Below, in pieces: positions 8,826-16,330 of a stretch of DNA of 55,234 bases. Made by a program: the position numbers and the translations under genes. The notes below the pieces were generated by a model. The model saw only the letters and a list, made by a program, of their open reading frames with translations. It did not search any database and had not been told where the DNA came from. Each line of letters opens with the position of its first letter. The first letter of the stretch is position 1. The stretch is from a virus. Location: positions 1-55,234 of the IMG/VR virus record IMGVR_UViG_3300019477_000080. The stretch is one strand, 5' to 3'.

Positions 8826-9085
8826 GCGCCCACCTGCACGTTGAAGTAGGCCAGCACCTCCGCGTCGCTCTTGTCGGCGAAGTCGGGGTATCTGGCGCGT
8901 AGGGCGTTGGCAATAGCCGCCGTCGCATCGTCAGGCGCAGGGGTCAGTTGCATATCCACATCGAGGGTATCGACCAGTGCCAGCAGGCTGTCGATTTGCG
9001 CTTTGAGTTGGCGCAGTACCGAGATGGGTACATCGCCTCGTGCTTTGAGCAGGTCGGCGTAGGTTTCAGGTGTGTTACTCGTCAT
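8822..9085 (-). CDS. hypothetical protein; the start lies in the 36-bp junction repeat
   Basis: Start trimmed to MTSNTPETYADLL. ATGA overlap with the downstream VRR-NUC gene. Confidence 0.55.
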   Translation of the reverse strand: MTSNTPETYADLLKARGDVPISVLRQLKAQIDSLLALVDTLDVDMQLTPAPDDATAAIANALRARYPDFADKSDAEVLAYFNVQVGA

Positions 9086-9095
9086 GTTCCACCTC
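9060..9095. repeat. 36-bp perfect direct repeat, copy 1 (gene junction)
   Basis: TAGGTTTCAGGTGTGTTACTCGTCATGTTCCACCTC, identical to 9328..9363. Confidence 0.95.
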
Positions 9096-9353
9096 CAAGA
9101 ATGCAATGTAAGATTCACCCGACGAAAACACATTGTCCAACACCGTAGAGTCGTTCCACTTCTCGCGGAAACACTCAATAGAATAATAAGACCAGTCGTT
9201 ATTACCGAAAGCCCCAATAGCTTGGGCAACCGCGTCGCGCATGGCAGGGACACTGCGGTATCGAGTGGCGGATAACTGCGCCATAATTGCGCTGTCGGCG
9301 ATTGAATCCACAGCCGCTACCAGTACATAGGTTTCAGGTGTGTTACTCGTCAT
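9075..9353 (-). CDS. hypothetical protein, paralogue of 9343..9606
   Basis: MTSNTPETYVLVAAVD...YRSVPAMRDAVAQ...IAFLEVEHDE aligns along its length with the neighbouring gene product. Confidence 0.6.
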   Translation of the reverse strand: MTSNTPETYVLVAAVDSIADSAIMAQLSATRYRSVPAMRDAVAQAIGAFGNNDWSYYSIECFREKWNDSTVLDNVFSSGESYIAFLEVEHDE

Positions 9354-9363
9354 GTTCCACCTC
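9328..9363. repeat. 36-bp perfect direct repeat, copy 2
   Basis: Identical to 9060..9095. Each copy carries EVEHDE-stop and the overlapping ATG-ACG-AGT-AAC start. Confidence 0.95.
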
Positions 9364-9606
9364 AATAAGGGCGATGTATGTCTCGTCAGGACTTGGCACA
9401 CCGAGACCTAAAGGGGAAGTGTTCCACTTTTCACAGAAGTACTCCGCAGGGTAGAACTCCCAATCATTCTCTTCAAAAGGGCCAAGCACCTGCTCCACTG
9501 CTTCGCGCATGGCAGGTATGTTACGGTATCGTTTACCAATCAGGTGGAACATAGTCTCACTGGAAACGTCCAAGCTCGCAGAAACTACCAATACATAGGT
9601 TTTCAT
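9343..9606 (-). CDS. hypothetical protein, paralogue of 9075..9353
   Basis: MKTYVLVVSASLD...YRNIPAMREAVEQ...IALIEVEHDE. Confidence 0.6.
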   Translation of the reverse strand: MKTYVLVVSASLDVSSETMFHLIGKRYRNIPAMREAVEQVLGPFEENDWEFYPAEYFCEKWNTSPLGLGVPSPDETYIALIEVEHDE

Positions 9607-9815
9607 CGGCTGGCCTCCGCGTCTCCATGCTCCGCCGCATCGGGCTTGTCATGCTGCTCAATCACTTGGGATTGCTCGTAGGTTGTCACTTGGTGCACCC
9701 GCACGGTGGTGCGTTGGGCGCACTGGTGGTCTGTCGTACCGTCAGTATTGCTCATGGCATATGCGCCACCGCCGATAGCGGCGACGGCGAGGATAGTTCG
9801 GATTGCGTATTTCAT
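9603..9815 (-). CDS. small secreted or membrane-anchored protein
   Basis: Signal-like N-terminus MKYAIRTILAVAAIGGGAYA. ATGA overlap with the downstream gene. Confidence 0.5.
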   Translation of the reverse strand: MKYAIRTILAVAAIGGGAYAMSNTDGTTDHQCAQRTTVRVHQVTTYEQSQVIEQHDKPDAAEHGDAEASR

Positions 9816-9877
9816 TTTTGCACTTCCATATATTTAACAAAATCTGTATGGCTTACTAATTCTTTGTCGCGCATGTT

Positions 9878-10255
9878 TTACGCCCAAGAGATAAGGTCAA
9901 TTAACACACTGTACTTCTCGTTTGGCATAGTTTTAACGTCGAAGCCGTCTGACTCAAAGCGTTTTATCAGGTCGGCGTGGTTGATTAATGCAGCTACATT
10001 GACGCGAACAACAATCATATTATGAATATACTTGTCATAAGCGAACGACACTACAACATACGGTAGTTTTTCATCGTTGGCATAGGACAGGCTTAGTTTT
10101 GTCGCGCCTTTGGCAGATTCGGAGCTAATAATACCCAACAGTGCGTGATATACGTCCTCATTACACTGGTTGCGAAACTTGGCAACAGCCAGTCGCGCTT
10201 TCTCGGCAGGGGTTTCAGTTTTCATGTCGTCTAAGTCTGCACTCAAGTCCACCAT
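9878..10255 (-). CDS. hypothetical protein (first gene after the promoter at 10290)
   Basis: ATG at 10255 lies 8 nt after AAGGAG. The track start at 10264 is a GTG. Confidence 0.6.
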   Translation of the reverse strand: MVDLSADLDDMKTETPAEKARLAVAKFRNQCNEDVYHALLGIISSESAKGATKLSLSYANDEKLPYVVVSFAYDKYIHNMIVVRVNVAALINHADLIKRFESDGFDVKTMPNEKYSVLIDLISWA

Positions 10256-10289
10256 CTGTCTCACTCCTTAAAAATTTTCAACAAACTTA

Positions 10290-10318
10290 ATAATACGAAA
10301 TAATCTCTCGTGTGTCAA
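10290..10318 (-). promoter_or_regulatory. sigma70-type promoter TTGACA-17-TATTAT with a CACGAGA box
   Basis: The reverse complement reads TTGACAcacgagagattatttcgTATTAT. Confidence 0.6.
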
Positions 10319-10324
10319 TGTATT

Positions 10325-11137
10325 TTACACAGCAGCGTCAAGCCATGCGGCCAGTCGCGCCATCACGTCGTTCACCGTCTCGTTCGGGGCAAATACCATA
10401 GCCATGCCTAGCGTATGCACGGCGCGTTGCAAAGCCTTAACCCAAGCCTCCGGCGCGTTGTACACGCCGTGTGAGTGCGCCCACACGCCATAGTCGTCCA
10501 TCACGGACAGGTTAACCACTGTTGCGCGGGGCGTACTGAAGCCTTGTACCTTGATGCGCTCGGCCTGCCCTGTCGGTGTAGCCGCCACGTCAGGTGCGTA
10601 CAGTGGGGCGTTAGCCAGTCGGCTGGTGCGCATGGTCTTGCGAACGCCGCGCACTTTGGACTGGCAGTAGATACCATCTAGCGCATAGAATGCGTTGCCG
10701 TCATGTGTCCAGAACTCCGACTGTTGCAGTCGGGTCTCAAAGGCTCGCTCGAAGTTGGCTTGCGCCATCGGCGTGGCAGGATTCCACACTATCGGCAGGT
10801 TTGGCTCAGGGCGTGTGGGCGTGTAGGCTGGGTGTGGCGGTAGCAGGGCGAAGCGGTGGGGTGTCAGGTTTACCACGTCCTCGCCAACGAACTTACCATC
10901 AACCAGTGGCATGATTGCGCCACAGGCTAAGGCTTCACGATACGCGCCCTCGTCATGGCGCAGGTAGGCTACCACCTCGCCAGCCGTCAGCCGTGCATTT
11001 CGCATGGACTCACGGCGTTGGGCTTCAAACACATCGGTCACAGTGATTTGCGGAATCAGCCCTTGTGCCAGCATCTTCTTCAGCTTGTACACACTGACGC
11101 CGGTCGCTTGGCTCACGGCTTGAATGGATTCAGCCAT
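10325..11137 (-). CDS. hypothetical protein with a putative N-terminal HTH
   Basis: Start trimmed to MAESIQAVSQATGVSVYKLKKMLAQG (GGAG SD). Confidence 0.55.
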   Translation of the reverse strand: MAESIQAVSQATGVSVYKLKKMLAQGLIPQITVTDVFEAQRRESMRNARLTAGEVVAYLRHDEGAYREALACGAIMPLVDGKFVGEDVVNLTPHRFALLPPHPAYTPTRPEPNLPIVWNPATPMAQANFERAFETRLQQSEFWTHDGNAFYALDGIYCQSKVRGVRKTMRTSRLANAPLYAPDVAATPTGQAERIKVQGFSTPRATVVNLSVMDDYGVWAHSHGVYNAPEAWVKALQRAVHTLGMAMVFAPNETVNDVMARLAAWLDAAV

Positions 11138-11606
11138 TTTCACGCTCCTGTTTGATTGACATACCAATCACATAGACCATAGCTTCAGCCAACTGATTAA
11201 TATTAGATGCATTCATTTCTGCGATAGCCTCGTCCATCAAGGGCTTCAGGATAATAGGGATAATTTCGTCCACGCTATCTACCAATTTTTGCCCTTTGTA
11301 TGGGGTGCTATACATCATCAACATTTGCACCGTTTCATCGCACACGCCCTCTTCCCAGTCGAAGTAATACACTTGGGTTGTGTCGTCATCAGGCGCAACG
11401 CCCAGCTCTTCACACTGGCTCATACACTTGGCTACCGTGTCATAATGCTTGGTAGCGTCCTCAATATACTCACCCACACTATTGGTAAATGGTGTTTGCA
11501 ATCGGTCGTAGATTTGGTGCGCATCCAGCCCCTGTGCAGACAGGCCATTGATAATTGCTTTGCGCGTATCGCACAGGTTTGCCAGTTGTTCTTCGTAGCT
11601 GTACAT
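11130..11606 (-). CDS. acidic hypothetical early protein
   Basis: Start trimmed to MYSYEEQLANL (AAGGAAAC SD). Confidence 0.55.
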   Translation of the reverse strand: MYSYEEQLANLCDTRKAIINGLSAQGLDAHQIYDRLQTPFTNSVGEYIEDATKHYDTVAKCMSQCEELGVAPDDDTTQVYYFDWEEGVCDETVQMLMMYSTPYKGQKLVDSVDEIIPIILKPLMDEAIAEMNASNINQLAEAMVYVIGMSIKQERENG

Positions 11607-11620
11607 ATTGTTTCCTTTCT

Positions 11621-12058
11621 TTACAGACGATTCCACAGGTGGACAATCAGGTCAGGTTCTTCCGCTAGTGCTTTGTCCAGCATAATGCTATAACGCTGGG
11701 CGATTTCAGGCGTGATGTCGCTGTCATTTTGGAAGTCCTCGTCATCGCCGAACACATGGTAAATCAAGGCTTCGCCCAAGATGTATACAATCATGTTGGC
11801 AACTCGGCACGGGTTGCCGTATTGCTCGGCGGGTGCAACCTGCCCGAACTGTTCTTGCTCATAGGTCATCACGGCTTGGATAGCGTTGAATGTACCAATG
11901 CGCTCAAGGTCTCGCTCGGCATCGGCGGTGTACACATAGGTCTCGGATTGGTTATACACAACATGGCACATATCGGCAGTGGACACGCCGTCCAAGATAC
12001 CATCGGCAAAGGCGTTAATCAGTTGGGTTTCAACTTCTTCAAAAATTGCGGGTTTCAT
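11621..12058 (-). CDS. acidic hypothetical early protein
   Basis: 145-aa ORF. TAATG overlap with the upstream gene. Confidence 0.55.
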   Translation of the reverse strand: MKPAIFEEVETQLINAFADGILDGVSTADMCHVVYNQSETYVYTADAERDLERIGTFNAIQAVMTYEQEQFGQVAPAEQYGNPCRVANMIVYILGEALIYHVFGDDEDFQNDSDITPEIAQRYSIMLDKALAEEPDLIVHLWNRL

Positions 12059-12582
12059 TAGATGTACTCCTTGATTGCGGATTTAATAACGTCAAGCAAA
12101 GCGTTTGCTTCTTCAGACGCACAGTCAGTCAATGCGGTTTTCAGCTTGTCGCATACTTCGATGGCATAGTAATCAATCGCGCTTGCATAAAGCCGTTGCC
12201 CCTCATACGGTATGTCTTGCTCGTCAATGCGGAACACAAGCTCGTCCGCATAATCCCATACCATAGTTTGAGTTTCCGCGTCATACCAATAGACGGGTAC
12301 ATGGTCGGTCATAGAAAGGCATATGTCATGCAGGTATTGGCAAGCCTTACCAATCAGGTCATACCACTTACTAATCTGTTCGATATGCCGGTCTTCGGTC
12401 GTATTGCGTATTTCTTCAGGCGTACCGACAGGGTGGTCAACAAGGCGCAGGATTTCATCGTAATCCCTCACATGGTTGTTATCCATCAATGTGCAGATGG
12501 CCTGCGTACGTTTGTTTTCCAGTGCTAGGATTGCATCTCGGCGTTCAAGGGAAATAATAGGTTGCATATAATCTTTCTTCAC
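12058..12582 (-). CDS. hypothetical early protein
   Basis: 174-aa ORF. The start is uncertain (GTG at 12582 overlapping the upstream stop, or ATG at 12567). Confidence 0.5.
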   Translation of the reverse strand: MKKDYMQPIISLERRDAILALENKRTQAICTLMDNNHVRDYDEILRLVDHPVGTPEEIRNTTEDRHIEQISKWYDLIGKACQYLHDICLSMTDHVPVYWYDAETQTMVWDYADELVFRIDEQDIPYEGQRLYASAIDYYAIEVCDKLKTALTDCASEEANALLDVIKSAIKEYI

Positions 12583-12833
12583 AGGTTCACGGTCAGACTG
12601 TCGCCTGTACCGTCAAGGTAGCTGTACTCAATGTCAAGGGTTACGCGGCCATACCGCTGCTTCTTGGCTTGTGTCACGCAATACCGGCGGATATTCTCTT
12701 CAGCCCACTTGCCATACAACACGACGGACGGGCTGCGAAACAGGTTCACCCGCATAATATATTTACCATCCGACAGGGTAGTGTCGGGGAAGCTCACACT
12801 GGCGCGAACTTCCGTCCTCTCTTTGGGTATCAT
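12579..12833 (-). CDS. hypothetical early protein
   Basis: 84-aa ORF coupled by ATGA to the upstream gene. Confidence 0.5.
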   Translation of the reverse strand: MIPKERTEVRASVSFPDTTLSDGKYIMRVNLFRSPSVVLYGKWAEENIRRYCVTQAKKQRYGRVTLDIEYSYLDGTGDSLTVNL

Positions 12834-13177
12834 ACTGTTACTTTCAAAATATAGGGTTCACGCAGGGCGTATTCAGCCACGGGCAGGCCGTCTCGCATAC
12901 GTTGAATGTATGCACGTTTACCAAACCATTTGACACGCAGGCTCGGCGTACCCAGCAGGTGCAATAGCTCGGTCAGACGGCCGCACACATCGGCACTATC
13001 AGGTGGTAGGACTGTTACTGCGTGTTGAATGAAGTCACGCTCAATCTTACAAATCACTTTACCCTCGTACCTTATACCAACAAAGGTGGAAGTTGGTCGT
13101 TCGGCGCGGAATCCGTTGTTACCAAGAATCAACCCTTTGGCTTCAGGGGCACGCAGAAATTCGATTAGTTTGTTCAT
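12830..13177 (-). CDS. hypothetical early protein
   Basis: 115-aa ORF in the co-directional operon. Confidence 0.5.
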   Translation of the reverse strand: MNKLIEFLRAPEAKGLILGNNGFRAERPTSTFVGIRYEGKVICKIERDFIQHAVTVLPPDSADVCGRLTELLHLLGTPSLRVKWFGKRAYIQRMRDGLPVAEYALREPYILKVTV

Positions 13178-13189
13178 GGTTATTTTCCT

Positions 13190-13570
13190 TTAGTAATGCT
13201 CAATGTTTACGGCTACATTATCGGATTTGAGGTCGTAGGTACAAAGTCTGGATTCCATCAAGTCTTTGAGTTCGTCCTCTTCCTCACTGCTCAAGCCTGT
13301 TACACTAAACCAGTATTCCCAATCGGCGGACGTACCGTCTATCACGACGGTTTCAATGTCATACCGATTATCATATGGTGGGGAAATGGTGCAATAGGGC
13401 GCAGTGATAGCCACTTCACAGGATTGGTTATACCAGCACAATTCAAGCTGGCAGGCATAGGAATCAATCACGCCGTCGTCATCTTTGAAGTACACTTCAG
13501 TGTCAATGCCTAGTGTGCATTTAGGCGCGGTGTTTTCTACCAAGTCAATCAATTTTTCGATATTTTCCAT
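13190..13570 (-). CDS. acidic hypothetical protein, distant paralogue of 13584..13922
   Basis: Start trimmed to MENIEKLIDL. The C-terminal GLSSEEEDELKDLMES parallels GLPEEERQELHELMDA in the neighbour. Confidence 0.5.
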   Translation of the reverse strand: MENIEKLIDLVENTAPKCTLGIDTEVYFKDDDGVIDSYACQLELCWYNQSCEVAITAPYCTISPPYDNRYDIETVVIDGTSADWEYWFSVTGLSSEEEDELKDLMESRLCTYDLKSDNVAVNIEHY

Positions 13571-13583
13571 AGCAAATATCCTC

Positions 13584-13922
13584 TCAAATAAAGCCGTCAT
13601 GCAAAGGGTTGAAGCCAGCCGCGCATGCGTCCATCAGTTCGTGTAACTCTTGGCGTTCCTCTTCGGGCAGACCGTCATCACTGAAATGTGGGTTGGTATC
13701 AACAAAAGAATAGTCCAGCGTTGCAATATCGAAATCCCCATCGGGCGCGTCTTCGATTGCGCCCAATACGTCCAATGATGCCCAATTTCCCTTGTCGTCA
13801 GCCCATTGCCATGTCAAATCTACAAAGCGGGCGGGCGTATCGTTACCACATGAATCTAGGTAGTCATCTTGGATTGACACAATGATTTCAGGTTTTTGGG
13901 TTTGTATTAAGGCTTTCAACAT
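13584..13922 (-). CDS. acidic hypothetical protein
   Basis: 112-aa ORF, preceded by a conserved hairpin at 13963..13985. Confidence 0.5.
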   Translation of the reverse strand: MLKALIQTQKPEIIVSIQDDYLDSCGNDTPARFVDLTWQWADDKGNWASLDVLGAIEDAPDGDFDIATLDYSFVDTNPHFSDDGLPEEERQELHELMDACAAGFNPLHDGFI

Positions 13923-13997
13923 TTTGACTCCCTTCAGGTTAGGACTCTAAACGCACTTACTGAAGCCATCGGGGGATGATGGCTTGGATAAGCAGGC

Positions 13998-14414
13998 TTA
14001 CAGGTTACGGAAATAGTGGTTGTCTTGCGCGAAGTAGTCGTAATGCAATTCCCTATCCCACACGTCCTGCCAGTTGATGTGTCGGGCAATCCAGTCCGGC
14101 AGGTCTTTGGGTATATATCCCACCTCTTCACAAAGTTCTTGGGCGAACTCCGCACCGTTGTAGAAATACCCTACATAGGCTTCCTGTGTCGCATCAAAGT
14201 CGAACGTGTCCGTAGCTTTGTAGTATGCCAACATGATTTCCTGTTCGTCATCAGACAAGGAGGCGTACTCTTGCAGCGCATCAAAGGTCCCCGCTGTCAG
14301 GTCTATACCATCAGGCAGGCCGTCCACGTCTTGCACTTCGCCCAATTCCAGCATGTCGGTGTAGTGGTCAAAGTCGGTGAGGTCATACCATGCTTCGTTT
14401 ATTTGTACTTTCAT
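13998..14414 (-). CDS. ArdA-like antirestriction protein (acidic DNA-mimic candidate)
   Basis: 138 aa and very acidic. The C-terminal AEFAQELCEEVGYIPKDLPDWIARHINWQDVWDRELHYDYF resembles the ArdA C-terminal signature. It is the second gene of the early operon. Confidence 0.5.
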   Translation of the reverse strand: MKVQINEAWYDLTDFDHYTDMLELGEVQDVDGLPDGIDLTAGTFDALQEYASLSDDEQEIMLAYYKATDTFDFDATQEAYVGYFYNGAEFAQELCEEVGYIPKDLPDWIARHINWQDVWDRELHYDYFAQDNHYFRNL

Positions 14415-14426
14415 TTTTGTTTCCTT

Positions 14427-15182
14427 TTAGTTGTTGATATTGGTGTAATCAAGGGCTTGCACTGCTTCCAGCGCAAGGGATTTCACTTCGTCATCAATAC
14501 CATCAAGGTTAGTTATTGATGATACCAATTCAGCTTTCAGATGCACTAGGTCGGACGTAGTGTCATAGATTCCGCATAAGCTGTCATCGGCTAAGGTTTC
14601 GCCTGTTTCACAATCAATCAGTCCAACGCTGAATCGGTAGGGCGCATCATAGGCGTACAGTCCAAAATCTTTTACCAAGGCTTCGGCTTCAGCCTCTTCC
14701 ATACCAATCAGGTATAGATAGGCTGCATCACCTTGACAATAGCCGCGTGCCGTGTATCGGTACGGGCGCAACTCAGCGTCCTTGCTGTCATCATCTAGGC
14801 TGTCATACCATGCTTGATTGGTCATGGACAACAAACCGCGACGGGCTAAGTCAAAGTCTACACTTCCCCAATCTTCCTCATCTACTTGTTCGGATAAGCG
14901 TTCGGCTTCGTTTGCAGTCAATGCAGGCATGGTAGCAGTGCTGATGTTATGGCGCACCAATTCCAACTCTTCCCGTACACGGCTATCCCTTAGTAGGGAA
15001 GAAGCTAGGTAGTGCAGGGTGTCAGGATTGACGATTTTCAGGTATGAATAATCCCGACTATTACCAGTCGATATGCGTTCAATACCATGTTCTTCTATAA
15101 AATTTTCAAAGTAACAGGCGTTATCGCGGTCGTAGGACAGGTCGATTTTCAGGCATTGATTGTTTTTGATAATATCAATCAT
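14427..15182 (-). CDS. acidic hypothetical protein, first early gene
   Basis: 251-aa ORF immediately downstream of the early leader (SD AAGGAAAAACC-ATG). Confidence 0.6.
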   Translation of the reverse strand: MIDIIKNNQCLKIDLSYDRDNACYFENFIEEHGIERISTGNSRDYSYLKIVNPDTLHYLASSLLRDSRVREELELVRHNISTATMPALTANEAERLSEQVDEEDWGSVDFDLARRGLLSMTNQAWYDSLDDDSKDAELRPYRYTARGYCQGDAAYLYLIGMEEAEAEALVKDFGLYAYDAPYRFSVGLIDCETGETLADDSLCGIYDTTSDLVHLKAELVSSITNLDGIDDEVKSLALEAVQALDYTNINN

Positions 15183-15650
15183 GGTTTTTCCTTTATGTAT
15201 AGGTTACTCACTGAAGCCGCCCAATCGGACGGCTTGTATCAATAACCTAAGTACGACTACGGGTAACAGGCCGTAGTCGTACCATGCACCCTTCATAGGG
15301 TGCAATAGTGCCATGCTATACGAACCTTCATCATGCTGGCTTTCTTGCAATCCGCATGGGCTTATATGCCATGCCATTGAGGGCAAACACGGCTTCGGCT
15401 TATTTCATCCTAGGCTTAACTTTATACCAATCGCCATTCTCTAACGGGATGTTTGTCTTGTTTTGCTGTTGAGGGTAAGGGATACCACTAAACGCGCATG
15501 ATGGGTCTTGTCCTAATTGTTAAAGAGCGTTCAGCTAAGCCGTTATAGGCTTTGGCCTAGTCATAATTACAGGTTATAACGCCTGCCAAGCGCAGGGCTT
15601 GGTGTTTACTGTATAGTGTTGGGTCGGGCGTTGCCCTCACCAATGTATGG
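15183..15650 (-). other. hairpin-rich untranslated early leader of about 470 nt
   Basis: No credible ORF. It holds a perfect 12-bp stem (15251..15282) and stems at 15286..15303, 15214..15235 and elsewhere. It lies between the tandem promoters and the first early gene. Confidence 0.6.
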
Positions 15651-15655
15651 GCTGA

Positions 15656-15684
15656 ATTATAACCGCCTTATTTTAGTTTGTCAA
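15656..15684 (-). promoter_or_regulatory. early promoter P1, TTGACA-17-TATAAT
   Basis: The reverse complement reads TTGACAaactaaaataaggcggtTATAAT. Confidence 0.7.
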
Positions 15685-15734
15685 GTAATTTTTTACTAGA
15701 TACTTAATAAAGCGCAAGTTATAACGCTGATGGT

Positions 15735-15763
15735 ATCTTATACCATCTTTGCTAACAAGTCAA
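15735..15763 (-). promoter_or_regulatory. early promoter P2, TTGACT-17-TAAGAT
   Basis: The reverse complement reads TTGACTtgttagcaaagatggtaTAAGAT. Confidence 0.55.
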
Positions 15764-15904
15764 GGATTATTTTTACTACCATAACTATTATATATAGGTT
15801 AGGTTTCCCAATAAGGGCAGGCCTAGTATACCACCTTTTTCGCGCACCTTCCTGCACGCGGTAGGGTTAATCAATAATAATCTATGGCTTACTTGATGAA
15901 GCGC

Positions 15905-15933
15905 ATTATATAGCAGCTTTTAAAATAAGTCAA
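15905..15933 (-). promoter_or_regulatory. early promoter P3, TTGACT-17-TATAAT
   Basis: The reverse complement reads TTGACTtattttaaaagctgctaTATAAT. Confidence 0.7.
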
Positions 15934-16050
15934 GTATTATTTTGACAAACCAACTTTTAAAGAACGGTTACAATAGATGGCAAGTTATACCATATAAGGT
16001 AGTTAATGCGCCGCTGAATGTTGCCGAGCTGCACTTAACTGTTGGAGCGA

Positions 16051-16080
16051 ATTATACGCGGTTAGGCGGGGATAAGTCAA
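16051..16080 (-). promoter_or_regulatory. early promoter P4, TTGACT-18-TATAAT
   Basis: The reverse complement reads TTGACTtatccccgcctaaccgcgTATAAT. Confidence 0.65.
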
Positions 16081-16200
16081 GGGATATAATGGTTAAGTTG
16101 TGTAAGTGAATGTGTTAAGGAATGTTTGTTTGAAATTGAATGAATTTTGGATAAGAGGGGGGATATTTTAGTTTGTTGGAATACCAATTCGCGGAAAAAA

Positions 16201-16330
16201 AGAGGTGAAAAAAAAAATCTGAAAAAAAAAATCGACCATAAAAAAATTTCAGGTAAGTAAAATAAGATAATAATAATATAATATTATATTTATTTATTTA
16301 TATCTACTTTTTTTTCTCTTTTTTTCTCTT
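16201..16330. repeat. AT-rich core with a homopolymer strand switch: A7-A10 tracts on the left, T7-T8 tracts on the right
   Basis: A-runs at 16205, 16218, 16232 and 16250. T-runs at 16308 and 16319. The arms are roughly inverted about 16283. Confidence 0.85.
16275..16290. repeat. perfect 16-bp AT palindrome AATATAATATTATATT
   Basis: Self-complementary when read directly. It is the centre of the AT-rich core. Confidence 0.95.

Noticed and set aside
9944-9953. GCCGTCTGAC, a 9/10 match to the Neisseria DNA uptake sequence, as a clue to the host.
   Set aside because: It is a single imperfect copy inside a gene, which is not informative.
15204-15386. 60-aa minus-strand ORF in the early leader.
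   Set aside because: It has a non-ATG start and no SD. It is crossed by a perfect 12-bp hairpin and other stems, and is more plausibly untranslated structured RNA.
15943-15981. Plus-strand TTGACA ... TACAAT promoter-like pair inside the early promoter block.
   Set aside because: The spacer is 21 nt, which is too long for sigma70 recognition.
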